The translations under genes and the position numbers were made by a program. Below, one piece after another: positions 39,653 to 48,732 of a stretch of 64,000 nucleotides of DNA; position 1 is the first letter of the stretch; each line of letters begins with the position of its first letter. The notes under the pieces were generated by a model. The model did not search any database and was not told where the DNA came from. It was given only the letters and a program-made list of their open reading frames with translations. The DNA comes from a bacterium (GTDB taxonomy: Bacteria; Patescibacteriota; Minisyncoccia; Phycocordibacterales; UBA9973), in the NCBI GenBank assembly GCA_037130655.1, contig JBAXSP010000001.1, positions 37,641 through 101,640 on the forward strand, written 5' to 3'.

Positions 39653-40246
39653 CTATTTAATTTTGTACAGATCAAACTGTATAATAGCTTGAACCATTTC
39701 GTGATTTACAAAATGTTCTTTCTTATGAAAAGAATATTTTCTAGAGTCCTCCTTACTAATTCCGTTCAATACCATAAAATCAGTCCCGGCAACCTTCATT
39801 GCCCAATCATCCATATCGATAGTTGAAGGAAATGGTTCAGTAAAAGCATCTTTGATAACTATTTGATGTGTAGGTCCATTAACTTGATTGCCGGCATTTG
39901 GAGAAAGGCGTGAAAAATCTATACAAAAGGCATTTAAATTATTATCCTTCATATACTTATTTCTCAGATTAACATACTTGGCCGGAGCCTCTCGAAACAT
40001 TTTTTTCTGAAAAGCCTGCCATACAGCAAACAGTTCTTTGGTTTTTATTTTCTTTTCATCTGACAAAACTTCATAATTTCCATCAATAATCCGAGAAATA
40101 AAATCACGATTTTTCTGTTCTTGAACCTTTTCTTCTTGATCAATATCGGCAAGATTCTGCTTCTTGTTTTTGTTTTTAATATATAAAAAATGTATTAAAA
40201 TCCATAATAATACAGCACCGCCGACTATGTACACTAAAATATCCAT
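39653..40246 (-). CDS. Hypothetical protein with N-terminal TM
   Basis: 197-aa ORF with TTGACA-N17-TATAGT at 40273-40301. Confidence 0.65.
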   Translation of the reverse strand: MDILVYIVGGAVLLWILIHFLYIKNKNKKQNLADIDQEEKVQEQKNRDFISRIIDGNYEVLSDEKKIKTKELFAVWQAFQKKMFREAPAKYVNLRNKYMKDNNLNAFCIDFSRLSPNAGNQVNGPTHQIVIKDAFTEPFPSTIDMDDWAMKVAGTDFMVLNGISKEDSRKYSFHKKEHFVNHEMVQAIIQFDLYKIK

Positions 40247-40352
40247 ATTTGTTTATTTTTTAATCCGAAATCACTATACACATATGATGTCATTATGTCA
40301 AAAGAGCGCAACCTTCGGTTGCGCTCTTTTGAATTTCATTATTAATTCGTAA

Positions 40353-41096
40353 TTAAATAAAGTTTTGTTTACTCCATTCCCAAATCAATACAGCAGATGA
40401 GACTGATGCGTTCAAAGAATCAACGCCTGACTTCATTGGAATACGTACCAAGATATCACAAATTTCTGTCGTCTTTTGCGCAATACCGTGTTCTTCATTT
40501 CCAATAATAAAAACTGAAGGGGAGTCAAAAGTAATTTCAGACAGGGAAGTCGTAGCTTTTTCAGAAAGTCCGTATGTCCAAAATCCTTCATCTTTCAATG
40601 TACGCAATGTTTGATTGATATTCCCTATTTGCACCAAGGGAATCTGCGTTACTGTTCCAGCTGATGTTTTATACACAGCACCAGTAATTCCCGCTTGATT
40701 ATCCTTAGGTATCAATACCCCAGACACCCCCAATGCACACGCAGAACGAATAACTGCTCCAACATTGTGTGGATCAGTCAGTTCATCCAATATAACCAAA
40801 CTCGGATTCTTTGTTTTATCAAGTGTCTTCAAAAAATCTCCAAGCATCAACATTTTTGGCGGATTAATTTCTGCCATCACACCTTGGTGGACGGCATCAC
40901 GAACACGCTCGCGAAAAGGAGCATCGTTCATACAAATTTCCACGGGGATTTGCGCACGATGTGCTATCGCGACAATTTTGTTCATTTCTTTTTGTGTACT
41001 TGTTTTCTTGACCCAGATCTTTTTGATCTCTTTTGGGCTTACAGAAATAGTTTCAAGTACTGGATGAATTCCATAGATATAGAGTGTTTTTGCCAT
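40353..41096 (-). CDS. rlmB: 23S rRNA Gm2251 methyltransferase RlmB (TrmH family)
   Basis: IYGIHPV, HQGV, DPHNVGAVIRSA, IGNEEHG, SLNASV. Confidence 0.92.
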   Translation of the reverse strand: MAKTLYIYGIHPVLETISVSPKEIKKIWVKKTSTQKEMNKIVAIAHRAQIPVEICMNDAPFRERVRDAVHQGVMAEINPPKMLMLGDFLKTLDKTKNPSLVILDELTDPHNVGAVIRSACALGVSGVLIPKDNQAGITGAVYKTSAGTVTQIPLVQIGNINQTLRTLKDEGFWTYGLSEKATTSLSEITFDSPSVFIIGNEEHGIAQKTTEICDILVRIPMKSGVDSLNASVSSAVLIWEWSKQNFI

Positions 41097-41324
41097 ATCC
41101 CTACCCTATCATTTTTTTTGACTTTTTGCAATATATGTTTCAAAATAAAGTTTCTTCGCTGGGAATTTGAGATATTACATACACTCGCTTCTTTCGTACT
41201 TTGTCAGAGTAAAATCCCGCGATACTAACCTTTGTTTCGTCTTCGACTCGGACGATGTGAAAGTAACGACACTTTCAGACGCTCCTCGCTCGACGAAATA
41301 AAAAAAATCCCGAAAATTTCGGGA

Positions 41325-41801
41325 TTAGATTGCAACGGTCAGTTGAGGCATGAGATACACTTCTTGCGTCTTACCTTTTATCAAAATAACTTCTTCAAGT
41401 AATTTTGGTGCATAAAAAAGTTTACGCAACCCATTCTCCATAAAAATAAAACCTGCATTGTAAAAATCTTTTGACAATGCAACGCCGTACTCTTTCGGAA
41501 TAACGATAACTAACTCTTCTTCTGAAGAAACGGCGGGACGTTGTGCAACGAGGTGTTTCTTTCCAGATGTCATCCTGACTTCATAAAAAGCGATATCATA
41601 AATTATTTTTTTATAATCACCATCTATCCATTTTTTGAATGAGTAGGCAGGTGGACGATGTTCACTAAAAAGAATTTTTGATTTTTCTGAAGCAGTATTC
41701 CCCATCAAAAGATATGGGACTTTGACAAAAGAACCATCTGGATCGTGAGCAACAATTCCGGGAACGATTCCCGTACCAGGAACAAAGGTATATGCTTTCA
41801 T
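41325..41801 (-). CDS. Hypothetical protein
   Basis: 158-aa ORF with promoter-like upstream region and terminator. Confidence 0.6.
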   Translation of the reverse strand: MKAYTFVPGTGIVPGIVAHDPDGSFVKVPYLLMGNTASEKSKILFSEHRPPAYSFKKWIDGDYKKIIYDIAFYEVRMTSGKKHLVAQRPAVSSEEELVIVIPKEYGVALSKDFYNAGFIFMENGLRKLFYAPKLLEEVILIKGKTQEVYLMPQLTVAI

Positions 41802-41917
41802 TTTTGTCTGTATAGTATAAATTCCATATAAACTAAACCATATTTATAAACAAAAAGCAATATTTCTAAGTTTATCGAAAAATGTATGAAATAAAAAAAC
41901 CGTTTAATAAAACGGTT

Positions 41918-42181
41918 TTAAAAATCTTGAAATCCCCTTTCGTGAGCTATTTTTCTTCGGCGTGCCAAATCATTGAAATACCATTCTTGTTGTTTTTTGT
42001 TCATCGTTTCTAATGCGTCAATATCTAGACTTAATGAACCATGATGAAATTCATCTTTGCGAACATATAAACGTGACCAGAAAAGTCTCATTCGGCTTCG
42101 TGTAAACTTACAGAAAAACTGTATAGAGGACGATATCCTGTATAACAAATACTGCAACTGTGGGAGTATATTCTTTTTCAT
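41918..42181 (-). CDS. Small hypothetical protein
   Basis: 87-aa ORF with downstream hairpin. Confidence 0.55.
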   Translation of the reverse strand: MKKNILPQLQYLLYRISSSIQFFCKFTRSRMRLFWSRLYVRKDEFHHGSLSLDIDALETMNKKQQEWYFNDLARRRKIAHERGFQDF

Positions 42182-42286
42182 ACTATTATAAAGTGCTTTT
42201 TACCAAGGTCTTTATACCACAATAAAAAATAATTAGAAAGGTTTTCAACGCACCGGAAAAAGGAAGCTATTTTTAACAATTTTTAT

Positions 42287-42919
42287 TTAGAAATGATTTT
42301 TAATATACTCTTCAAGATGAGTAGTTGTATCAACAATTGCAATAAGATTTTCATAAATACCCTCTTCAAAATATTCTCTCGGATGGACTCCCCATGTTAC
42401 TGCAATTGTTGGTAATCCAACCTCTCTCGCTTCTTTAATATCACCAATCGTATCAGTAATAAAAATCATATTTTCAATTTTCTGATTGAATTTTTCTGCA
42501 ATGATCTTAAATTTTTCAACCTTACTCGTATGCACCTCCTTTGTTGCAATAAAAGAAAATAATTCGGTAATTCCTTCTCTGTCAAACAAGGGTATACAAT
42601 TTGGTAAAATTGCAGAACTATTTACTACAAGTGTGCATATGTCAGCAAGATGATGCAAGAGCTCTTTTATTCCTTCATACATCGGAGCATTCGCCTTATT
42701 CTTGGTATATGTTTCTGTTCTCTCTTTACGCTCTTCTTCTGTTTCTTCTTTCATGAGATGAGTAATTTTACTTATCTCTTCAAAAATATTACCAGTATGT
42801 AAATCTCTTATCTCTTTATCTGATAAGGTCGGATATCTTACCTTTGTATCTTGATGCATCAATTCTACAGAATCAAACAAAACACCATCAACATCAAAAA
42901 TTACTACTTTTTTATTCAT
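42287..42919 (-). CDS. HAD family hydrolase
   Basis: IFDVDGVLFDS, FITDTIGD, VTWG. Confidence 0.9.
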   Translation of the reverse strand: MNKKVVIFDVDGVLFDSVELMHQDTKVRYPTLSDKEIRDLHTGNIFEEISKITHLMKEETEEERKERTETYTKNKANAPMYEGIKELLHHLADICTLVVNSSAILPNCIPLFDREGITELFSFIATKEVHTSKVEKFKIIAEKFNQKIENMIFITDTIGDIKEAREVGLPTIAVTWGVHPREYFEEGIYENLIAIVDTTTHLEEYIKNHF

Positions 42920-42960
42920 ACTATTGATTATACCAAAAAACCTCCTTTCGGAGGTTTTTA

Positions 42961-43344
42961 TTATAGATTAACTGGAGCAGTAACTGCTTGTAACTTGTGG
43001 TAATACTTATATGAAATCGCAAGGATGACAAATGCGACAGCCGGAATCAAAAGCATTGGACCAAATCCTGCTACTGCCCAAATACTCCAAAAGGCGCAAA
43101 TGAAATCAATTCCAAATCCTGCATATGCCCATTCCTTCATATTCTTCGGGAACTTCGGAACAATGAGCACAATTGCCCCTGCAACTTTGAATACTGTCAG
43201 CATGGTAACGAAATATAGTGGATAACCAAGGTTAGTAATACCATCGATAGACATTTGACTTTGTGAAGTCAAAGCTGGCATCACCCCTTCGAATAAAAAG
43301 ATAATTGTTGTCGTAATCCAAAAAATGATTTTATGTTTTTTCAT
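42961..43344 (-). CDS. DoxX-like membrane protein
   Basis: LGYPLYF, KEWAYAG. Confidence 0.88.
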   Translation of the reverse strand: MKKHKIIFWITTTIIFLFEGVMPALTSQSQMSIDGITNLGYPLYFVTMLTVFKVAGAIVLIVPKFPKNMKEWAYAGFGIDFICAFWSIWAVAGFGPMLLIPAVAFVILAISYKYYHKLQAVTAPVNL

Positions 43345-43408
43345 ATAGGAGTATTATAACAAGTAATTATAAAAAATAAAAAAGGCTTTTAAAGCCTTTT
43401 TTGATTAG

Positions 43409-43750
43409 TTATTCTACTTTCCAATTAATTTTTACTACACTAGAACCAGCCAGTTGGTTAATTTTCGTTACGATAAAAAAATCAGAATCGTATTTTACAA
43501 AATAAACAGTACCAAAATCCTCAACATAAACTTTCACCGCTGTTTTATTATCATTACTGTAACCAGCAACTGCTGCACCAAGTTGAATCATTACATCAAT
43601 GAAACTTACGAGCAGCGGATCGGACTGAAGCTTACCTTTAGTAACCTCAGCAATAACACTGTCACCATATGTTCCGGTAGGATAGGTATAATATTCCACC
43701 AATGTTTTTCTACTAGTCAGAATAGTGTCTAAAATTTCTTTATGTATCAT
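43409..43750 (-). CDS. Hypothetical protein
   Basis: 113-aa ORF; TTTACA-N17-TATTGT upstream. Confidence 0.55.
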   Translation of the reverse strand: MIHKEILDTILTSRKTLVEYYTYPTGTYGDSVIAEVTKGKLQSDPLLVSFIDVMIQLGAAVAGYSNDNKTAVKVYVEDFGTVYFVKYDSDFFIVTKINQLAGSSVVKINWKVE

Positions 43751-43849
43751 TTTATTTACTTATTTATTTCCATTTTCAACAATAGCACATTAAATTGGTA
43801 TTGTAAATATCAATAAAAAAACTTCCTTTTCGGGAAGTTTTTTTATTAC

Positions 43850-44257
43850 TTATTTAAACCAAGCACTTTGCCATCCTTTCATCATTTCAATCTCTTTTGT
43901 TTGAGCCGAAATAATGTCATTTGCAAGTTTGATCAATTCAGGTCGTTTTGATGTTGCAAGGACTTGCTTTGCCATGACTACCGCCCCTTCGTGGTGCATA
44001 ATCATCTCTGACAAAAACGCTTTATCAAAATCATCACCTGATTTTCCTTCCAAAGAAGCACTCATTCCTTTCATCATACTCTCCATATCCATTCCAGTAT
44101 TACTCATCATACTTCCGTCGGGCATTTGATGCATCATAGCTCGTTCATTTCTTTCGTTCCAGTTTCTGTGTGAACCAAACGAAGTAAACGCACCCATGAT
44201 AAGCAATCCGGCAAGTAATCCAATCACTCCATACAGTACATTTTTGTTTTCCATCAT
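43850..44257 (-). CDS. DUF305 ferritin-like protein
   Basis: FDKAFLSEMIMHHEGAVVMA, IISAQTKEI, Met-rich linker. Confidence 0.9.
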   Translation of the reverse strand: MMENKNVLYGVIGLLAGLLIMGAFTSFGSHRNWNERNERAMMHQMPDGSMMSNTGMDMESMMKGMSASLEGKSGDDFDKAFLSEMIMHHEGAVVMAKQVLATSKRPELIKLANDIISAQTKEIEMMKGWQSAWFK

Positions 44258-44593
44258 ATTTTTTGAGTTAGTAGTAATACTACAAGTATATCATTTTACA
44301 AAGAAAGGATAATTAGGTGTAATCAGATATGTGTGTCATAACACAATTTAGCTTGCTTTATGTCAATATTAAGCACATACTATCTCTGGTGAACGGTATC
44401 TAATGACCGATACATAAAAACAGACTTGTTAATCTTAAAAATCGACTGCGAAGTATTCCTAACCTGATTCGCAATAGAAATCTCTTATGGTGTGTAATTT
44501 AGAAATCGATTTACTTCAAGAATATCGAATTCTCGAATTAATCGTCTAAAACAAGTATTTAAAAAATATATTTGTTTTAGTAAAAAAAATAGT

Positions 44594-45265
44594 ATGGCTA
44601 ATAAAATCGTTTCTTCATTGAAGAAAAATCTTTTAACTGGAACAGCCTTGGCTCTTATCATTATCCCCGCACTTTCTTCTGCTGATACACTAACTCGTTA
44701 TTTACAACTTGGTGCAAAAGGAGCTGATGTTACATCATTGCAAAGTTTCCTTGCTGGAGATAACACTATCTACCCTCAAGGCAAAGTAACTGGCTACTTT
44801 GGATCTCTGACAAAATCAGCAGTTTCAAATTACCAAGTTCGAAACAATATCCCAACTCCAAATGGTGTTGGTGCAGGACGTGTTGGTCCATCAACAATGG
44901 CGAGTATCAACGGACAAATGAATGCTGGTGGAATAAACAATGGTGCAAATGTTGACGCAGCGATTATATCATTAGTATCTGTAGCAACAACAAATAATAA
45001 TGCATACGTATCTTGGAATACAAATGAACTAGCAAAAGGAGTTGTGTACTACAGTACATACCCACTTTCTCTAACAAATGAGACTTTGAACTCAATTGAT
45101 ATTTCAGGAAGTGTTGCTCAAAATGACAACGCATTGCGCACTTCACAAAGTATTAATCTTTCAGGTCTACAAGCAAATACTACATACTACTATGCGATCT
45201 ACACAACAGACGCCGCAGGAAATGTTAGTATGACTTGGCCTACAAGTTTCAAAACTTCAAACTAG
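44594..45265 (+). CDS. Peptidoglycan-binding protein with C-terminal fibronectin III-like domain
   Basis: GADVTSLQSFL, TGYFGSLTKSAV, GRVGPST, GLQANTTYYY. Confidence 0.85.
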   Translation: MANKIVSSLKKNLLTGTALALIIIPALSSADTLTRYLQLGAKGADVTSLQSFLAGDNTIYPQGKVTGYFGSLTKSAVSNYQVRNNIPTPNGVGAGRVGPSTMASINGQMNAGGINNGANVDAAIISLVSVATTNNNAYVSWNTNELAKGVVYYSTYPLSLTNETLNSIDISGSVAQNDNALRTSQSINLSGLQANTTYYYAIYTTDAAGNVSMTWPTSFKTSN

Positions 45266-45277
45266 TATTCAACTAAG

Positions 45278-45430
45278 ATGCTTACAAACATTGCACTCGT
45301 CTTGTTGATTATCTGGCTCCTTGGATTTTTTGGATTACACCTCGTCGGAGGATTCATCCATATACTCCTTGTAGTCGCAGTAGCACTCTTTCTCATCAGA
45401 ATTATTCGCGGAGAAAATCCACTGACATAA
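45278..45430 (+). CDS. lmo0937-family small membrane protein (50 aa), absent from ORF track
   Basis: MLTNIALVLLIIWLLGFFGLHLVGGFIHILLVVAVALFLIRIIRGENPLT*. Confidence 0.85.
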   Translation: MLTNIALVLLIIWLLGFFGLHLVGGFIHILLVVAVALFLIRIIRGENPLT

Positions 45431-45477
45431 AAGAAGTAAAAACAAAAAAATCACCCCGATAGGTGATTTTTTTGTTT

Positions 45478-45606
45478 TTACTTCTTCTTCCCTTTTACTA
45501 CCTTTTTTCTTGAAGCAAGTAGTGCGATCTTCTTTGCTACACGAGCTGCTGGCTTATGTGCTTTGACGAACTTTAGTTTACTGATTGAATTTTTTCTTTT
45601 TGCCAT
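45478..45606 (-). CDS. Small Lys/Arg-rich peptide (42 aa), absent from ORF track
   Basis: MAKRKNSISKLKFVKAHKPAARVAKKIALLASRKKVVKGKKK*; shares a bidirectional terminator with the gene above. Confidence 0.6.
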   Translation of the reverse strand: MAKRKNSISKLKFVKAHKPAARVAKKIALLASRKKVVKGKKK

Positions 45607-45706
45607 ATATGTTGATTGTATAATAATTTAGAGCTTTATACACCCTACTATACACAATTTACAGCTTACTGTAAATAAAAAACCATTGGTTTGATATACT
45701 ACCCTT

Positions 45707-45958
45707 ATGACGAAAAATACCATCTCAAGCGGATCTGTCCACAAAATCTCTACTGATTTGAAACAACTCCTTATCTCAAAACCTAAGGTATTGGCGGTCT
45801 GGGAAGATATTACTCCCCTTGCTCGCAATGAATGGCTCTGCTGGATAGAGTCTGCAAAGAAAGCAGAAACAAGAGAACGCAGAATACGAATCATGACTGA
45901 GAATCTTGTCGCCGGCAAACGCCGTCCATGTTGTTGGGCAGGATGTATACATCGGTAA
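45707..45958 (+). CDS. YdeI/OmpD-associated family protein
   Basis: WEDITPLARNEWLCWIESAKKAETRERRI, RRPCCWAGC. Confidence 0.88.
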   Translation: MTKNTISSGSVHKISTDLKQLLISKPKVLAVWEDITPLARNEWLCWIESAKKAETRERRIRIMTENLVAGKRRPCCWAGCIHR

Positions 45959-46019
45959 ATATTTGAAATAAAAAACCGCTCGTAATTGGATATACTCCAT
46001 TTACGAGCGGTTATGCTTT

Positions 46020-46427
46020 TTAACAAGTTGCCATATTCATAGCAATGTTATCTTTCCAAAACTTGGAATACATTTGATGTACCTGTAGCACATGTTGAGA
46101 TCTGTCATTCAGTATTTCTTCAAACGCCTTATCTGACAGTACTAAATGACAATACACACGACCTTCTTTGATTGTTTCAATAATGAACACAACAAGGAGA
46201 TCTCCTTCTGATTCTTCTTTAACCACAAACAATTGACTGAGTGGTTTATTTCCAAATGCGAACCATTCTTCATCAGAAGCATGTATTCTTTTTGATTTGT
46301 AAATCGTAAAGATTTCTTTCAAATCAAATCCATAATTGTCTCTGTACTCAGAAATAGCTACCGATGGTTTCATTTCCAACAAACCGCTTGGGTTTTGTGC
46401 GATGAGGTCTTTAATATTTGTCTTCAT
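46020..46427 (-). CDS. Hypothetical protein
   Basis: 135-aa ORF; TTGACT-N17-TATAAT at 46550-46578. Confidence 0.6.
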   Translation of the reverse strand: MKTNIKDLIAQNPSGLLEMKPSVAISEYRDNYGFDLKEIFTIYKSKRIHASDEEWFAFGNKPLSQLFVVKEESEGDLLVVFIIETIKEGRVYCHLVLSDKAFEEILNDRSQHVLQVHQMYSKFWKDNIAMNMATC

Positions 46428-46592
46428 TTTTTTTGTTTATTTAATTTGTTTGTATTTAGTAAATTGTCTTAACCTCCAAAAAAAGAAGCAAAGATAATTC
46501 ACTAAATACGATTAAATAATCAAAAATATCAAAGAACTTACTAATTTATATTATAGCATTATAATAATTAAAAGTCAATGTATTACATTCGA

Positions 46593-46797
46593 TAGGGATC
46601 GGTCACGAGTTACTAAGTCTGCTCATATGCTCCGCATATTGCGCGGACCTAAGTACTCGCGACCCCGGCTCGGCGACAATTTTGCAGTAGCAAAATCGTA
46701 GACCGCCTGCGCTTTTCGATCCCTACACGTGAGTGATTACTATCACTCACTCGGGGAGCAAAATAAAAACCCGTACTTTCGTACAAGTTTTTATTTT
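46593..46797 (-). other. tRNA-associated structured element, copy 3
   Basis: Minus strand: hairpin, GCTCCCCG, inserted hairpin, GTAGGGATCGAA (antisense T-arm), core GAGCCGGGGTCGCGAGTACTTA...TTAGTAACTCGTGAC, then direct CGATCCCTA. Confidence 0.85.
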
Positions 46798-46798
46798 G

Positions 46799-46870
46799 CT
46801 CCCCCGGTAGGGATCGAACCTACGACCTTAGAATTAACAGTTCTCTGCTCTGCCGCTGAGCTACAGGGGA
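46799..46870 (-). tRNA. tRNA-Asn(GTT)
   Basis: TCCCCTG/CGGGGGA acceptor, AGAA-CTGTTAA-TTCT anticodon arm, GTAGG-TTCGATC-CCTAC T-arm. Confidence 0.93.
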
Positions 46871-46915
46871 ATATGTACAGAAATTACTCTCTGTACTACA
46901 GATTGTACCAAAAAT

Positions 46916-47338
46916 CTACTTTTTAGCAACCTTACCTTTTGTCTGACAATACGCACATTTACACCCGTATGGCTTGATGAATTCGTCGTAATATTCTTTG
47001 CCGTAATCGTACGTAATTTCCTCTCCTTTCTTGATGTTTTTCTTGGCTTGGATAAACACACGATTCTTGATTACTTCTGGTTCTGCATTGGCATGGTGAG
47101 CGTGATTGATGTATCGAGCAGTGTTTGAACGCATTGAACCGTCGATTGTCCATTTACTATTTACTTCAAATAAATATTTTGTCGTGTTATCTTCGATTTC
47201 TTTGTTTGATTTGAGTTCACCGACGTATTCGATGATCCATTCACCTTTCTTGATATCGTCCATTGCGAATAATCCGAGTCCTGCAAGTCCTTTCTTTACC
47301 TTATACCTCTTTGGGTCAATTGTTTCTGGAATTTTCAT
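46916..47338 (-). CDS. SET domain protein-lysine methyltransferase
   Basis: GLGLFA, IIEYVGE, ARYINH, EITYDYG, post-SET CKCAYC. Confidence 0.93.
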   Translation of the reverse strand: MKIPETIDPKRYKVKKGLAGLGLFAMDDIKKGEWIIEYVGELKSNKEIEDNTTKYLFEVNSKWTIDGSMRSNTARYINHAHHANAEPEVIKNRVFIQAKKNIKKGEEITYDYGKEYYDEFIKPYGCKCAYCQTKGKVAKK

Positions 47339-47393
47339 ATGTAAATTGTATCAAATGTTTGATGGTACTGCCAAGTGTAGTACTATAGTATTT

Positions 47394-48101
47394 ATGAGTA
47401 AAATACATCGTTTTATTACCCCGTTTACTATCAACGAAAAAATCGTTGTGATTGATGCGCCTGATACTGTCAAACAAATTGTCAGTGTGTTGAAAATGAA
47501 AAAAGGTGAAAAAATCATTCTGGTAGATACTACAAAATTTCTCGATATCGAAGTAGCACTATCAGAACTTTCTAAAAAAGAAATCAAGGGAAATATACTC
47601 AAAGAACACAAAAACAAAGCTACGCCAAAAATTGAAGTGATTCTCTGTGCGGCAATCTTGAAAAAAGAGCACTTTGAACTTTTGGTAGAAAAAGCATCTG
47701 AAATCGGTGTAACACAAATCATTCCACTGATTACTGACCGAACAATCAAAAAAGATATTCGTATTGATCGATTGGAAAAGATAGCAAAAGAAGCCACAGA
47801 GCTCGCAGGACTTGCTCGGGTACCAGAAATTCACGAACCAGTTTCAATGAAGAATGCTTTTGCCTATACCGCACCGCATGACGCAGTATTTTTTTGCGAC
47901 ACAGAAAAAGAAGGAATTTCAAAACCACATTCATACAAAAAAGCAGTGATATTCGTCGGACCTGAAGGTGGTTGGAGTGAGAAAGAGATGGAGTTCGCAA
48001 CACAAAACAAGATGACTTTTGTCTCACTCGGAGTCACTGTGTTTCGTGGAGAAACCGCAGGAATTATTGCGAGTTACAAAGGAGTATACGGTTTGTTGTA
48101 A
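47394..48101 (+). CDS. rsmE: 16S rRNA m3U1498 methyltransferase RsmE
   Basis: VLKM, EKASEIGV, VGPEGGWS, FRGETA. Confidence 0.93.
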   Translation: MSKIHRFITPFTINEKIVVIDAPDTVKQIVSVLKMKKGEKIILVDTTKFLDIEVALSELSKKEIKGNILKEHKNKATPKIEVILCAAILKKEHFELLVEKASEIGVTQIIPLITDRTIKKDIRIDRLEKIAKEATELAGLARVPEIHEPVSMKNAFAYTAPHDAVFFCDTEKEGISKPHSYKKAVIFVGPEGGWSEKEMEFATQNKMTFVSLGVTVFRGETAGIIASYKGVYGLL

Positions 48102-48141
48102 AATAAAAAAATCGCTTCTTTAGCAAGAAGCGATTTTTAAA

Positions 48142-48633
48142 TTACTGCGGTCTTTGGATTTTTCCATTCGGAGTAGTGCCATTGTTGTTTTGAACAACAC
48201 CAGTACCACCAAAAGCACCTGGTAGTGGGCCGATTTGACCAAAGTTGTAGATTTTACAAACTACTTTTTGGTTTCGAATGTCTTTTTCTGAAGGGTTTTT
48301 GACTTCAACCCATCGTCCATGACGCCATTTGACCCAAGCACCTTCGATCCACATCGATCGCGAGAAATTCATAATCTGTTCTCCTTCAGTTGATTCAACC
48401 CAGAGCAAGATGTTTTCAAAGATCGTATCTTTGCCACCTTGTTGTCCATCTTGAACAGTATATTTACTGCCCAAAAATTGGTACATTTCTTTGCCGTGAT
48501 AGGTTACGGTTGATTTGACTGACTTACTTAAATCGAGATAGCATCTAACACGACGATCATTTTGCGAGCCCGTTTGAGCTTGTGTGAGTGTTGCTACAGC
48601 GAAACAACAGATCACGAATATTATTTTTTTCAT
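48142..48633 (-). CDS. Hypothetical exported protein
   Basis: Classic signal peptide MKKIIFVICCFAVATLTQA. Confidence 0.65.
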   Translation of the reverse strand: MKKIIFVICCFAVATLTQAQTGSQNDRRVRCYLDLSKSVKSTVTYHGKEMYQFLGSKYTVQDGQQGGKDTIFENILLWVESTEGEQIMNFSRSMWIEGAWVKWRHGRWVEVKNPSEKDIRNQKVVCKIYNFGQIGPLPGAFGGTGVVQNNNGTTPNGKIQRPQ

Positions 48634-48732
48634 TTTTTTGTATATACAATTCGAATATATTATATAGCAATAAATTACAAATGTAAAGAGCGCGAAACCG
48701 AAGGTTTCGCGCTCTTTTTCTTTTTCGAAATA

